Source: a virus (Duplodnaviria; Caudoviricetes). From it: DNA of 64,000 nt. The stretch lies in IMG/VR virus record IMGVR_UViG_3300044645_001661, one strand, 5' to 3'. Position numbers and translations under genes: made by a program. Below the pieces are notes generated by a model. The model did not search any database. It was not told where the DNA came from and saw nothing but the letters and a program-made list of their open reading frames with translations. The number at the start of each line of letters is the position of its first letter. Positions within the stretch are counted from its first letter, which is position 1. Positions 47,174-56,790 of this stretch are shown here, one piece after another.

Positions 47174-49735
47174 ATGCCAGCACGTAATGTAGGTATAAAT
47201 TCAACGTTTGAACAGCAACGACAAGTCATCAATTCAATTGCTGTGGATGTTTTTACTTTAACATCCTCTATTGTTGGATTTGGTAGTACTGGAATAACTG
47301 TTGATGTTGATTATGCACCAAATGCTGGTGTCGCAACTTATTCGCAAACCTCTGGTATTGCTACTTATGCTGCTACTGCAGGAATAGTTTCTTATGCTAA
47401 TTTAGCTGGAGTTGCAACATATGCATCAACTTCTGGATCTGCTGTTCAAGCACAAACTGCAGCATTTGCTGATGTTGTTGGTGTAGCGTCTTATTCATCA
47501 ATTTCTGGTATTGCAACGTATGCTGTAGTTTCTGGCGTTGCTACTTATGCTTCTGTTTCTGGAATATCAACATATTCCTCATTATCTGGATCTGCTTCTA
47601 TAGCGAGTTATTCTCCTGTTGCTGGATTTGCCACTGTTGCTGCTAATCTAACAGGAGTACCAAATCTTAATGTTGGAATTCTTACTGCCAGTAAATTTGT
47701 TGCTGATGATGCAGAGTTTACTGGAATATTAACAGCACAAAGTCTTAAGTCAAGTTCTGGTTATATTCTTTCTCCTGATAATCAACAATCAATAAGAATT
47801 TTCAGTAGTAGTGGATCAGTATCATTCCCATTAGGTATTGGGTCAGATATTAATGTTGTTGGTATTATAACTGGTACAAAATTATATGGTGATGCTTCTA
47901 ATGTAACTGGAATCGTTACTGATGGCATCTCATCTATTGTTGCTGGTGGTAATATAATTGTTCAGCAAACAGGGAATGTTGCTATTGTAACTGCTGTATT
48001 GGCAGGTGGTGGAGGAGGATTTTTTGAAGGCGGAACTGCTGGAATTGGAACAACATCTGCAGTTGGAATTGGAACAACTATACCAACAGAAAAATTAACA
48101 GTTAAAGGTAATGTTTCTGTTACTGGTAATATTATTCTTACTGGAGAAATAAGTTCTCCAACTAGAATTAAGTTTGGTAGTGGTGGGGAAAATATAAAGA
48201 TTGGTGATTTAACAGGTGGTTATGGTTCTGCAAACGTTGCGATTGGAGATCAGGCATTAGGATTAAACAATAGTGGTCTTGGTCATAATATTGCTATTGG
48301 ACAACTTTCCTATTATGCAGTAACTTCTGGACAATATAACATTGGACTTGGAGATCGTGCTGGACAAAATTTAACTACTGGATCTTATAATGTAATCATT
48401 GGTTCTTATAATGGACAGACTGGATTAGATATTAGAACATCATCAAATAATGTAGTCATTGCTGATGGTGCGGGTAATATTCGTCAGTATATTAATTCAA
48501 ATGGTAATGTTGGATTTGGTACAATCGATCCATCAGATAGATTAACTGTTTCTGGTAGAATACAGATACAACAAGATTCTGGTTCCAATAATAGAATTGT
48601 TTTTAGAGGACAACCATCATCCTCTTATCGTTGGAGTATTGATAACTACTCATCCAATAATGAGTTTAGAATTTTTAGAGAAGATGATGCAACTGCTGCA
48701 AATGGTTTTGTTGCTGTTAGTATAAGTACTACTGGAACTTTAAATGCTACTAAATTTTCTGGAGATGGATCTTTATTAACTGGAATTACTGCTCTAGGGT
48801 CTGGAATTCAAATCAAAGATGATGATGTTCTTGTAGGAACTGCAGCAACAGTAAATTTTGGATCTAACTTAAATGTTACTCTTTCCTCTGGCATTGCTAC
48901 TGTCTCTGGGAATGGATTGGCAACTTATGCAAATATATCTGGTATTGCAACTTATGCATCTACTGCTGGGATTTCTACAACTTCTTCTTATGCAACTTCA
49001 TCAGGAATTTCTACTTATGCTAGTTCAGCAGGAATCTCTACTTACGCAACTTCATCGGGAATATCTTCTAGTTTAATTGCTACAGCAAGTGTCAATACTT
49101 CTGGAATTATTACAGCATCTTCCTTCTCTGGATCTGGTTCTGGACTTACAAATCTTCCAGCTGCACAACTTACAGGATCACTGCCAGCAATTGATGGTTC
49201 TGCTTTAATAAATGTAACTGCATCTGGAACTGGTATTGTAGTTGAAGATGATAATGTAAATGTTGGATCTGCAGTAACAGTCAATTTTGGAACTGGACTT
49301 GATGTTACATTCAGTTCTGGTATTGCAACCGTATCATCATCTGGTGGTTCACTACAATCTAGAATAACAGTTAGTGGAGTAACTACATCAATTCCTAATC
49401 TTGGGATTGGTAATACTGATATTACTGGATTTAAATCTTATTCATTAATGAAAGTTGGATTATCTACCGCAGGATGGATAAGACTATATACTGATAGTAC
49501 ATCTAGAACGAACGATGTGACCAGAAGTGTTGGAGAAGATCCAGCACCTGGAAGTGGAGTGATTGTTGAGGTTGTAACTACTGGAATATCAACTCAACAA
49601 ATAATTACTCCTTTTGTTATGGGTGGCAATATGGATACTCCCGTCACCGATAAAATTTATGTTGCTATAACCAATTTATCTGGTTCGACGCAAACAATCA
49701 CCGCAAATCTCACCATTCTTCAACTGGAGGCATAA
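47174..49735 (+). CDS. Tail fibre-like protein with (A/S)GIATYA repeats
   Basis: Repeated AGVATY/SGIATY units; GIGTTIPTEKLTV and GFGTIDPSDRLTV fibre motifs. Confidence 0.7.
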   Translation: MPARNVGINSTFEQQRQVINSIAVDVFTLTSSIVGFGSTGITVDVDYAPNAGVATYSQTSGIATYAATAGIVSYANLAGVATYASTSGSAVQAQTAAFADVVGVASYSSISGIATYAVVSGVATYASVSGISTYSSLSGSASIASYSPVAGFATVAANLTGVPNLNVGILTASKFVADDAEFTGILTAQSLKSSSGYILSPDNQQSIRIFSSSGSVSFPLGIGSDINVVGIITGTKLYGDASNVTGIVTDGISSIVAGGNIIVQQTGNVAIVTAVLAGGGGGFFEGGTAGIGTTSAVGIGTTIPTEKLTVKGNVSVTGNIILTGEISSPTRIKFGSGGENIKIGDLTGGYGSANVAIGDQALGLNNSGLGHNIAIGQLSYYAVTSGQYNIGLGDRAGQNLTTGSYNVIIGSYNGQTGLDIRTSSNNVVIADGAGNIRQYINSNGNVGFGTIDPSDRLTVSGRIQIQQDSGSNNRIVFRGQPSSSYRWSIDNYSSNNEFRIFREDDATAANGFVAVSISTTGTLNATKFSGDGSLLTGITALGSGIQIKDDDVLVGTAATVNFGSNLNVTLSSGIATVSGNGLATYANISGIATYASTAGISTTSSYATSSGISTYASSAGISTYATSSGISSSLIATASVNTSGIITASSFSGSGSGLTNLPAAQLTGSLPAIDGSALINVTASGTGIVVEDDNVNVGSAVTVNFGTGLDVTFSSGIATVSSSGGSLQSRITVSGVTTSIPNLGIGNTDITGFKSYSLMKVGLSTAGWIRLYTDSTSRTNDVTRSVGEDPAPGSGVIVEVVTTGISTQQIITPFVMGGNMDTPVTDKIYVAITNLSGSTQTITANLTILQLEA

Positions 49736-49741
49736 GGATAA

Positions 49742-51676
49742 ATGGCAATCTCTACAAATACTTTTAGAGTTAATCCAGGTTGGGCAAGATCTGATGTTAT
49801 TAGTCAGATGGAGAGTGCTTTAACTTGGTTAGGTTGGCATTCTGGAACTGAAACTGGTCAAGTTGTTGGACTCAGTAGTTTTTGGGGTGGGGGTAATACT
49901 GGTGTTACCGAGTATTATTATGATGTCAGACAAAAATCTACAAGTGGTGTTGGAACAAATGCTAGCTTTTTTGTTTATAGAGACACCGTTGGTGTTAGAT
50001 ATGTCCTTGTAAATCGTCCTGGTGTTGGATATACTGGTGGTGAATTAATTGTTCTTGATGGAAATAGCATCGGTGGAATTTCAAGTGGTGCAGCAGACTT
50101 ATCGTTTAAAGTTTGTGTAAATGAAACAGTAACAGGTGGAACTAATATTTCTATAGCAACGACAGATATTGTTTATACTGGAAATGATTATACGTATAGA
50201 TTTAAAGGTACGGATAGAAATGGAGTTATTTCAGCGGGTCAAACTCACATTACTGTAAGAGAGGGTGATATTGTAAGTATTGGTAATAGTTATTCTAGTT
50301 CATATCCTCCTGGTCTTGCAAATCCAATTCCATACATCCCAGGGTCAAGTAGTTCAAGTTTGAATAGAGATCGTGGAATGGTTGCGGGACAAAATGTTAA
50401 CGGTTCTCCATATAATAATTTTATGGTTTTTAGACCCAAAATTGGACAAGCAGGAACATATACCTTTAGAACTGTAGGTGGTAATCTTGGACCAGAACTG
50501 GGTAGATTGATTGTTGAACCTTGGAGTGGAAGTCCTGGTGATAGAACATTAGTTGGAATAGGATCAACAAATACCTTCTGGGATAAAAATCTATCAACAA
50601 CTTATCCTTGGGCAGTTCAAAATCATAAGATACAAGATAATAAACGATATGGATCTACCTATCGTATTTTTAGAGAGTATACTGCTGGGTATCTTGATAT
50701 TGTAACATGTAGTGGATATAGTTCTTATTATGGTGGGGAATATTATGGCAACAGTGATAATGCAAATACCGACACTTCCGATTATCATGGTGGAACAGCA
50801 TCTCCTAAAAGAGCTGCTGGATCTGCAAATTTAGATTACCCATCTTATAATATAAGTGATATAAGGGACAATGGAATGTCATTGGCAGAATATGCCCCTT
50901 TGACGACCCAGATTATGCGTTTGGCAACTGTTAATCACGGAACAAATTATGGATTTAATTTGGATTTAAATGTATTTAAATCTAACCTTGACCCTAGGTT
51001 TGCAGTATTTTCTTATAGAGCATCTAACTTATCATCAACACATCTTACTACAAATACTTTTGATACTTGGTTTTTCCATAACTTTACCACTGATATTTGG
51101 GATTTGGATCATGTATTTCTTGGTGGAATGACTATGATTTATCCTACAACTGGGAATACAACAAATCCAACACTAACGTTTAGAACTTATTTGAGCTCCA
51201 AAGATCCAGATAGCCTTAATTCTGGAGCAAAAAGAACTGCAGAATTTCCTTATCAAGATAATAGGGGATACTCTTCTAATTCGGACAATTATGTTGATTG
51301 GATTATAGAATCGACTGCATATCCATTTGACATGGCTCCGTATACCACAAGAATGTATTATAGGTCTAATGATTCTGTTCTTACTTATGGTGGTGGATAT
51401 CCAAATACTGATAGTGGAAATGAAAGAGTGTCTCCAGATGCAAACTTTAATGCTGTTATAAAAGGATTGCCGATTAGTGGATGCCTTCTTCCTATTCCAT
51501 ACTATTTACCAGATGATTTTGTTTTAATTCAATTTTACTATAATGCTGCAAATGCAAATATTCAACAGGGAGATACAATTACAATAAGTCCAAGTGAAGT
51601 TTATACTGTAATTACTGGATCTTATAATCAAACAACAGTGACTCGTGGAATTTTATTCTGTGCGAGGACTGTTTGA
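49742..51676 (+). CDS. Virion structural protein (putative fibre/receptor-binding)
   Basis: 644-aa Gly/Ser/Thr/Tyr-rich ORF within the tail block. Confidence 0.55.
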   Translation: MAISTNTFRVNPGWARSDVISQMESALTWLGWHSGTETGQVVGLSSFWGGGNTGVTEYYYDVRQKSTSGVGTNASFFVYRDTVGVRYVLVNRPGVGYTGGELIVLDGNSIGGISSGAADLSFKVCVNETVTGGTNISIATTDIVYTGNDYTYRFKGTDRNGVISAGQTHITVREGDIVSIGNSYSSSYPPGLANPIPYIPGSSSSSLNRDRGMVAGQNVNGSPYNNFMVFRPKIGQAGTYTFRTVGGNLGPELGRLIVEPWSGSPGDRTLVGIGSTNTFWDKNLSTTYPWAVQNHKIQDNKRYGSTYRIFREYTAGYLDIVTCSGYSSYYGGEYYGNSDNANTDTSDYHGGTASPKRAAGSANLDYPSYNISDIRDNGMSLAEYAPLTTQIMRLATVNHGTNYGFNLDLNVFKSNLDPRFAVFSYRASNLSSTHLTTNTFDTWFFHNFTTDIWDLDHVFLGGMTMIYPTTGNTTNPTLTFRTYLSSKDPDSLNSGAKRTAEFPYQDNRGYSSNSDNYVDWIIESTAYPFDMAPYTTRMYYRSNDSVLTYGGGYPNTDSGNERVSPDANFNAVIKGLPISGCLLPIPYYLPDDFVLIQFYYNAANANIQQGDTITISPSEVYTVITGSYNQTTVTRGILFCARTV

Positions 51677-51906
51677 TGGCTAATTTTACTTTTGCATCAG
51701 TAACAACAGCAAGAGTTGGAATTGCATCAACAGAGACAATTTATTCTAATATAGTTGGTGTTGCTTTATCTGTTACAACAACAAATGGGACAATTCCAAT
51801 GGGGAATATATCAGGAATGATCATTGATAATTCTCGTCCTGGTACATTAACTGGAAGAAGACCTCAAACTGGTCAATTATTCCCCCGTGGAATTTACAAT
51901 AAATAA
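51676..51906 (+). CDS. Small structural protein
   Basis: C-terminal GRRPQTGQLFPRG. Confidence 0.55.
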   Translation: MANFTFASVTTARVGIASTETIYSNIVGVALSVTTTNGTIPMGNISGMIIDNSRPGTLTGRRPQTGQLFPRGIYNK

Positions 51907-51942
51907 AACATATAGATCTACAATTTAAGATTGTAGAATTAA

Positions 51943-54900
51943 ATGGCAGTATACTCCTACACATCTTCTGCCACTTTAAATATTACAGACGGATATGATG
52001 GCGATTTACTAGGGTCATATCCAGGATATTTTGTATCTACATATAGCGAAGAAAAAACATCTTTCGATTATAATAAAGATTCTATAGTTACCTATGATGT
52101 ATGGGACTATGGAAGTATATCTGATGCAATAACTGAAGATGAAGATTACGGAGAAATAACCGCTACCATTGAATTATGGTATCAAATACAAGATTATGGT
52201 ACGTTAGAAGTTAATACTACAAGATCTCCTTATGGGGAAATTAAATTTGTCGATTTTGCAGATTCTCGTTTAATCCGAGTTAGTGTTGGGGGAGTTCAAT
52301 TTGCTCTGTTTGGTAGGGCAGCAACTGAAGTAATATTTAATCCTGTTAATAGAGTCTTTGATATTGAAGGTGCTGCTACTGTTAGGGCTACGTTGGCTTC
52401 TGCTGGTAATGGCATTGTCAACTTCCCTCGCGTCAAAGCGACAGATTCTGTGGGATTTTCTTCTCCAGAGTCTGTCTTTTTGTTGAAAATTCAAGGAAGT
52501 GCTGTTACTTATCCAGTATTCTATGAAGGAGATAGAGTATTTGATATTGAAGGAACGGCAGATGAATCTATAACTTATGATTACAATGACTCTTCTAAAC
52601 TTGATCTTAATAGTGATGATTATGGATTTATTACTGAAGCTCTTTCTAGAACAGAAGACTTTGGATTAATAACTGAAGGTCAAGATATTCAAAGATGGGA
52701 CTCTGAAGCAGAAGATTGGGGTCTTATTACTGAAGATATTACCGTTAATCTTTACGGTAAATTTAAATTATTCGGTAAAGGTGAAGAGAGCTTTATATTT
52801 GCAAATTATGATGGATCTTGGGGTAATAAGCAACCAAGACTACTTGGTACTGCTAAAGATTATTCAACACCAAAAATTAATGGATCTGGAAAGATTACTC
52901 TTGAAGGAACTCCTCGCGTCCAAATTAGGATGCACTACAAGGCGGATGGTGGATGGGATAGATATCCAGACAGATTCCGTGGTGGATCACTATTTGGATT
53001 TAGTAGTGCTACTCAAACTTCTACATTTACAGAATCTCCAACAGGAAAACTATTCTCAGTACAGAGTACAACTACATTTAGTGCAGTAAGAGATGAAGTT
53101 GGTATTAGTGATGAGGATATTTTAGTCAGAGGTAATGCAAATTATATTGTTATCTTTAATGAAGTTGATAGGGTACTTACCTTTAGCAACATTGAAGATA
53201 ATAGTAGGGTATATTCATATAATGAGACTTCAATTGTTAATGTTGAAGGAATTGATTATGGATTTGTAAGTGAATCTCCAACATTATTTGAAGATTATCA
53301 AAATATAACTGGAGATGCTTATTATCCATGGGAAATTGATGACTATGGATTCTTAACACCAGATAGACCACTATTCCCATATGGTGTTGCAAGAATTATT
53401 AGCACTACTGCTGATAGTCAGACTAAGATTCATATTGGTGATGGATTAACTTCCATCAATGGCAATGCTAAGGTATATGTATTACCTAAGCATAACGGAT
53501 CTGGATTTATCAGAATTGCTGGTGAACTTATTGAGAAGAACACTGAAAATTATGTTGGTTCTGGATCACTGTTTGGATTCTCCAGCACATCTGAGTCTAC
53601 TGCTGTTGTTGAAGAATCTAAGGAACTCTTCAAGTTCATTGGTAATGCAGTTGAGAAGAATACTGAGAATTATGTTGGATCTGGATTATTCTCCACACTT
53701 GGTGGATCCGCAGAATCGTATGGTCCAAATCCAGAAGAACAAGGAGAACTCTTTACATTCTCTGGATCTGCTGTTGAAAGAAATGCAGAATCTTACGTTG
53801 GTTCTGGATCACTCTTTAGTATTAGTGGACATGCAGAAAGAGTTACATATCACTACAATGAATCTTCAATAGTTGATATTGAATCTTATGATTATGGATT
53901 TATTACTGAAACTCCACTATTTGAATCATCTTGTGACACTATTTCTGATTACTCTTCTGAACTGATTAGTACTTATGCTGATGAAATAGTATCTGAATTT
54001 GGATGTGTTGATGTTGGTGATGATTATGGATTAGTTGGTGATCAAACCATATATCCATGGCAGCGTGATGATTATGGATTTATTATTCCAGATGCTCCAA
54101 GAAGACCATATGGTAAGTTTGAGTTTATCAGTGGAACTACTGATGCTCAAACTAAGGTATACATTGGATCTGGTTCACTATTTGGATTCTCCAGTACAAC
54201 TGAAGCAACTGTTGTACAAGCAGAATCTAAAGGACTCTTTAGAATTTCTGGTAATGCTGCTGAGTCTACAACTCCTGCAACTGAAATTGGATCTGGATCC
54301 ATATTTACATTTGTATCCTTTACTGAGACTGCTACTTATAATCCACCAGAATCTACTGAACTATTCAAGATTTCTGGTGAAGCATATGTATTGATTGCAC
54401 CAGATTATCCTGGTAGTGGAACTATTACCGTTAGCGGTGAGGCAAGAATTTATGTCTTACCTAAGCATAATGGTTCTGGATTCGTTCATATTTTTGGTAA
54501 TGCTGCTGAATCAACAACTCCTCAAACTGAAGTTGGATCTGGATCTATCTTCACCTTTGTATCATTTACTGAAACTGCAGTATTTAATCCAAAAGAATCT
54601 ACAGAACTCTTTAAGATTACTGGATCTGCAGTTGAGAAAAGTTCACCAGGACCAGATGGATCTGGAACTATTGAACTTAATGGTTCTGCAAATACAATCT
54701 TCAGACTTAAAGTTACTGAGACTGGTAGACAACCAATTAAACTTATTGGTGCTGCTACACAATCTAGAACTCCTGCCCCACATATTGGTTCTGGATCACT
54801 CTTCGGATTCTCTAGTACAACTGAAGCAACCTCTAACGCAGAAACATCTAAAGAACTCTTTAGATTTAGTGGTTCTGCGGTTGAGAAGAATACCGAAAAT

Positions 54901-55923
54901 TATGTAGGTAGAGTTCTTGCTAATATTGAAGGTACTGCAACTACAATCTTTAGACTCAGAGTTACTGAGACTGGTAGACAACCAATCAGAATTATTGGTA
55001 ATGTAGTTGAGAAGAATGTAGAGAATTATGTTGGTTCTGGATCACTCTTTGGATTCTCTAGTACAACTGAAGCAACCTCTAACGCAGAAACATCTAAAGA
55101 ACTCTTTAGATTTAGTGGTTCTGCAACTGAATTTGTTGTATATAATCCACCAGAAGTTGGTGAATTTATTAAACTCACTGGTACTTCAGTTGAGAAGAAT
55201 ACTGAATCTTATCGTGGTTCTGGATCACTCTTTGGATTCTCTAGTACAACTGAAGCAACCTCTAACGCAGAAACATCTAAAGAACTCTTTAGATTCTCTG
55301 GTAAAGGTGAAGAATCAATTGCTCCTGCTCCACATGTTGGATCTGGATCTATCTTCACCTTTGTATCTGCTACTGAAACTAGATCTGTATCTGAAGTATC
55401 TACAGAACTCTTTAGATTCTCTGGAACTTCAATTGAGAAGAATACTGAGAATTATGTTGGTCGTGGATCCCTATTTGGATTCAGCAGCACAACTGAAGCA
55501 ACAGGATCTAATCCTCCAGAATCAACAATTCTGTTTAGATTCTCTGGTAAGGGTAATGAATCTATTACTCCTGCACCACATGTTGGTTCTGGATCAATCT
55601 TCACATTTGTATCCTTCACTGAAACCAGAGCAGTATCTGAGAAGTCTGAAGAACTCTTTAGAATTACTGGTTCTGCAGTTGAATCTAACACTGAAGCATA
55701 TAAAGGAACAGGACTTATTACTTCTATTGGAAGTAAGAGCACTACAATCTTTAGAGTTAGAGTTATATCAAATGGATCTCTTCTCAGAATTAATGGAAAA
55801 CTTCGTGAGTCATTTGCATATGGTTTATATAATGGATATGATGAAATTCAAATTAATGGAAATTCACAAGATAGGAAGATAAAGGCAGAGCCTAAGAAAC
55901 CGCCTAGAATATATGTAATCTAA
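51943..55923 (+). CDS. Large repetitive virion protein (1326 aa)
   Basis: DYG acidic repeats and many ~40-aa GSGSLFGFSSTTE...ELFRFSG...EKNTENY repeats. Confidence 0.7.
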   Translation: MAVYSYTSSATLNITDGYDGDLLGSYPGYFVSTYSEEKTSFDYNKDSIVTYDVWDYGSISDAITEDEDYGEITATIELWYQIQDYGTLEVNTTRSPYGEIKFVDFADSRLIRVSVGGVQFALFGRAATEVIFNPVNRVFDIEGAATVRATLASAGNGIVNFPRVKATDSVGFSSPESVFLLKIQGSAVTYPVFYEGDRVFDIEGTADESITYDYNDSSKLDLNSDDYGFITEALSRTEDFGLITEGQDIQRWDSEAEDWGLITEDITVNLYGKFKLFGKGEESFIFANYDGSWGNKQPRLLGTAKDYSTPKINGSGKITLEGTPRVQIRMHYKADGGWDRYPDRFRGGSLFGFSSATQTSTFTESPTGKLFSVQSTTTFSAVRDEVGISDEDILVRGNANYIVIFNEVDRVLTFSNIEDNSRVYSYNETSIVNVEGIDYGFVSESPTLFEDYQNITGDAYYPWEIDDYGFLTPDRPLFPYGVARIISTTADSQTKIHIGDGLTSINGNAKVYVLPKHNGSGFIRIAGELIEKNTENYVGSGSLFGFSSTSESTAVVEESKELFKFIGNAVEKNTENYVGSGLFSTLGGSAESYGPNPEEQGELFTFSGSAVERNAESYVGSGSLFSISGHAERVTYHYNESSIVDIESYDYGFITETPLFESSCDTISDYSSELISTYADEIVSEFGCVDVGDDYGLVGDQTIYPWQRDDYGFIIPDAPRRPYGKFEFISGTTDAQTKVYIGSGSLFGFSSTTEATVVQAESKGLFRISGNAAESTTPATEIGSGSIFTFVSFTETATYNPPESTELFKISGEAYVLIAPDYPGSGTITVSGEARIYVLPKHNGSGFVHIFGNAAESTTPQTEVGSGSIFTFVSFTETAVFNPKESTELFKITGSAVEKSSPGPDGSGTIELNGSANTIFRLKVTETGRQPIKLIGAATQSRTPAPHIGSGSLFGFSSTTEATSNAETSKELFRFSGSAVEKNTENYVGRVLANIEGTATTIFRLRVTETGRQPIRIIGNVVEKNVENYVGSGSLFGFSSTTEATSNAETSKELFRFSGSATEFVVYNPPEVGEFIKLTGTSVEKNTESYRGSGSLFGFSSTTEATSNAETSKELFRFSGKGEESIAPAPHVGSGSIFTFVSATETRSVSEVSTELFRFSGTSIEKNTENYVGRGSLFGFSSTTEATGSNPPESTILFRFSGKGNESITPAPHVGSGSIFTFVSFTETRAVSEKSEELFRITGSAVESNTEAYKGTGLITSIGSKSTTIFRVRVISNGSLLRINGKLRESFAYGLYNGYDEIQINGNSQDRKIKAEPKKPPRIYVI
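54789..55302 (+). repeat. Three near-identical ~85-bp intragenic repeats
   Basis: GGTTCTGGATCACTCTTYGGATTCTCTAGTACAACTGAAGCAACCTCTAACGCAGAAACATCTAAAGAACTCTTTAGATT at about 54787, 55033 and 55216. Confidence 0.85.
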
Positions 55924-55959
55924 AATATAAATAATCTTAAGAATATTTTTCCCTTTTTA

Positions 55960-56409
55960 ATGGCAAATACCAAACGAGTACAACTTCGTAAAGGGACCGA
56001 AACAGAACATGCCTCATTTACTGGGGCATTAGCAGAAGTAACTTATGATACAACTAAAGGTGTCATAAGAATGCATGACGGATTGACTACATCTGGATTT
56101 GAAGTTCAAAAATCTAGATTAACTGAAATTAGTTCAACTACTAATGTAGCAACTAATATTAAGTATTTTACTGATACTTCTGGCGGTCCTTTTACTGTAA
56201 CATTACCAACATTAAAATATGTTGGAGATGTGATTCAATTAGCAGATTCCAAATACTATTGGGGTATAAATAATCTTACGGTGAATACTCAAAGTGGTGA
56301 ACAAATAAAAGATAGTACTGGATATATTGACGCACCTTTGGTATGTGATGTATCTGGGGCTTATATAGAATTAATTTGGGAAGGAACTTATTGGAGACTG
56401 TTCTCATGA
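55960..56409 (+). CDS. Virion structural protein
   Basis: RVQLRKGT...FTGALAEVTYDT...HDGLT; DTSGGPFTVTLP module. Confidence 0.7.
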   Translation: MANTKRVQLRKGTETEHASFTGALAEVTYDTTKGVIRMHDGLTTSGFEVQKSRLTEISSTTNVATNIKYFTDTSGGPFTVTLPTLKYVGDVIQLADSKYYWGINNLTVNTQSGEQIKDSTGYIDAPLVCDVSGAYIELIWEGTYWRLFS

Positions 56410-56771
56410 CAATGCATCTAAGTAGATCAAATACAACTGGAGAAAAGACAGTAACGCAGTCAAACGATTTTGTCGTTCATGCATTGCGTAGAGACTCTAC
56501 TGGAATGCTTTATTATACTAGAGTTGGTTCCGCAAGTACTGAAGTTGCTGATTTTCATAGAACAGATGGAACTCAATACCCTGGATTTTTGGATGGTGTT
56601 GATTATGTAGATGAAACGACAGAAGAGAAATCTTATACGAATCATCCAACAGATAAATACCAACAGTATAGATTTGATTTTAGAGGATTAAATTATCTCA
56701 TCGATGATGATGGATACCTCGTTGCCAGAATTAATGGCACTTATGATTATAATACCCAAGGACCTAAGTAA
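56406..56771 (+). CDS. Conserved cyanophage virion-associated protein
   Basis: ATGA overlap; HALRRD..GMLYYT, KYQQYRFD...YLIDDDGYLVARIN. Confidence 0.65.
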   Translation: MTMHLSRSNTTGEKTVTQSNDFVVHALRRDSTGMLYYTRVGSASTEVADFHRTDGTQYPGFLDGVDYVDETTEEKSYTNHPTDKYQQYRFDFRGLNYLIDDDGYLVARINGTYDYNTQGPK

Positions 56772-56790
56772 AGTAAGGAATTAAAACACA

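Noticed and set aside
54789-55302. Possible CRISPR array
   Set aside because: Repeats are ~85 bp, in-frame within a repetitive protein, with spacers that also encode repeat sequence; no cas genes
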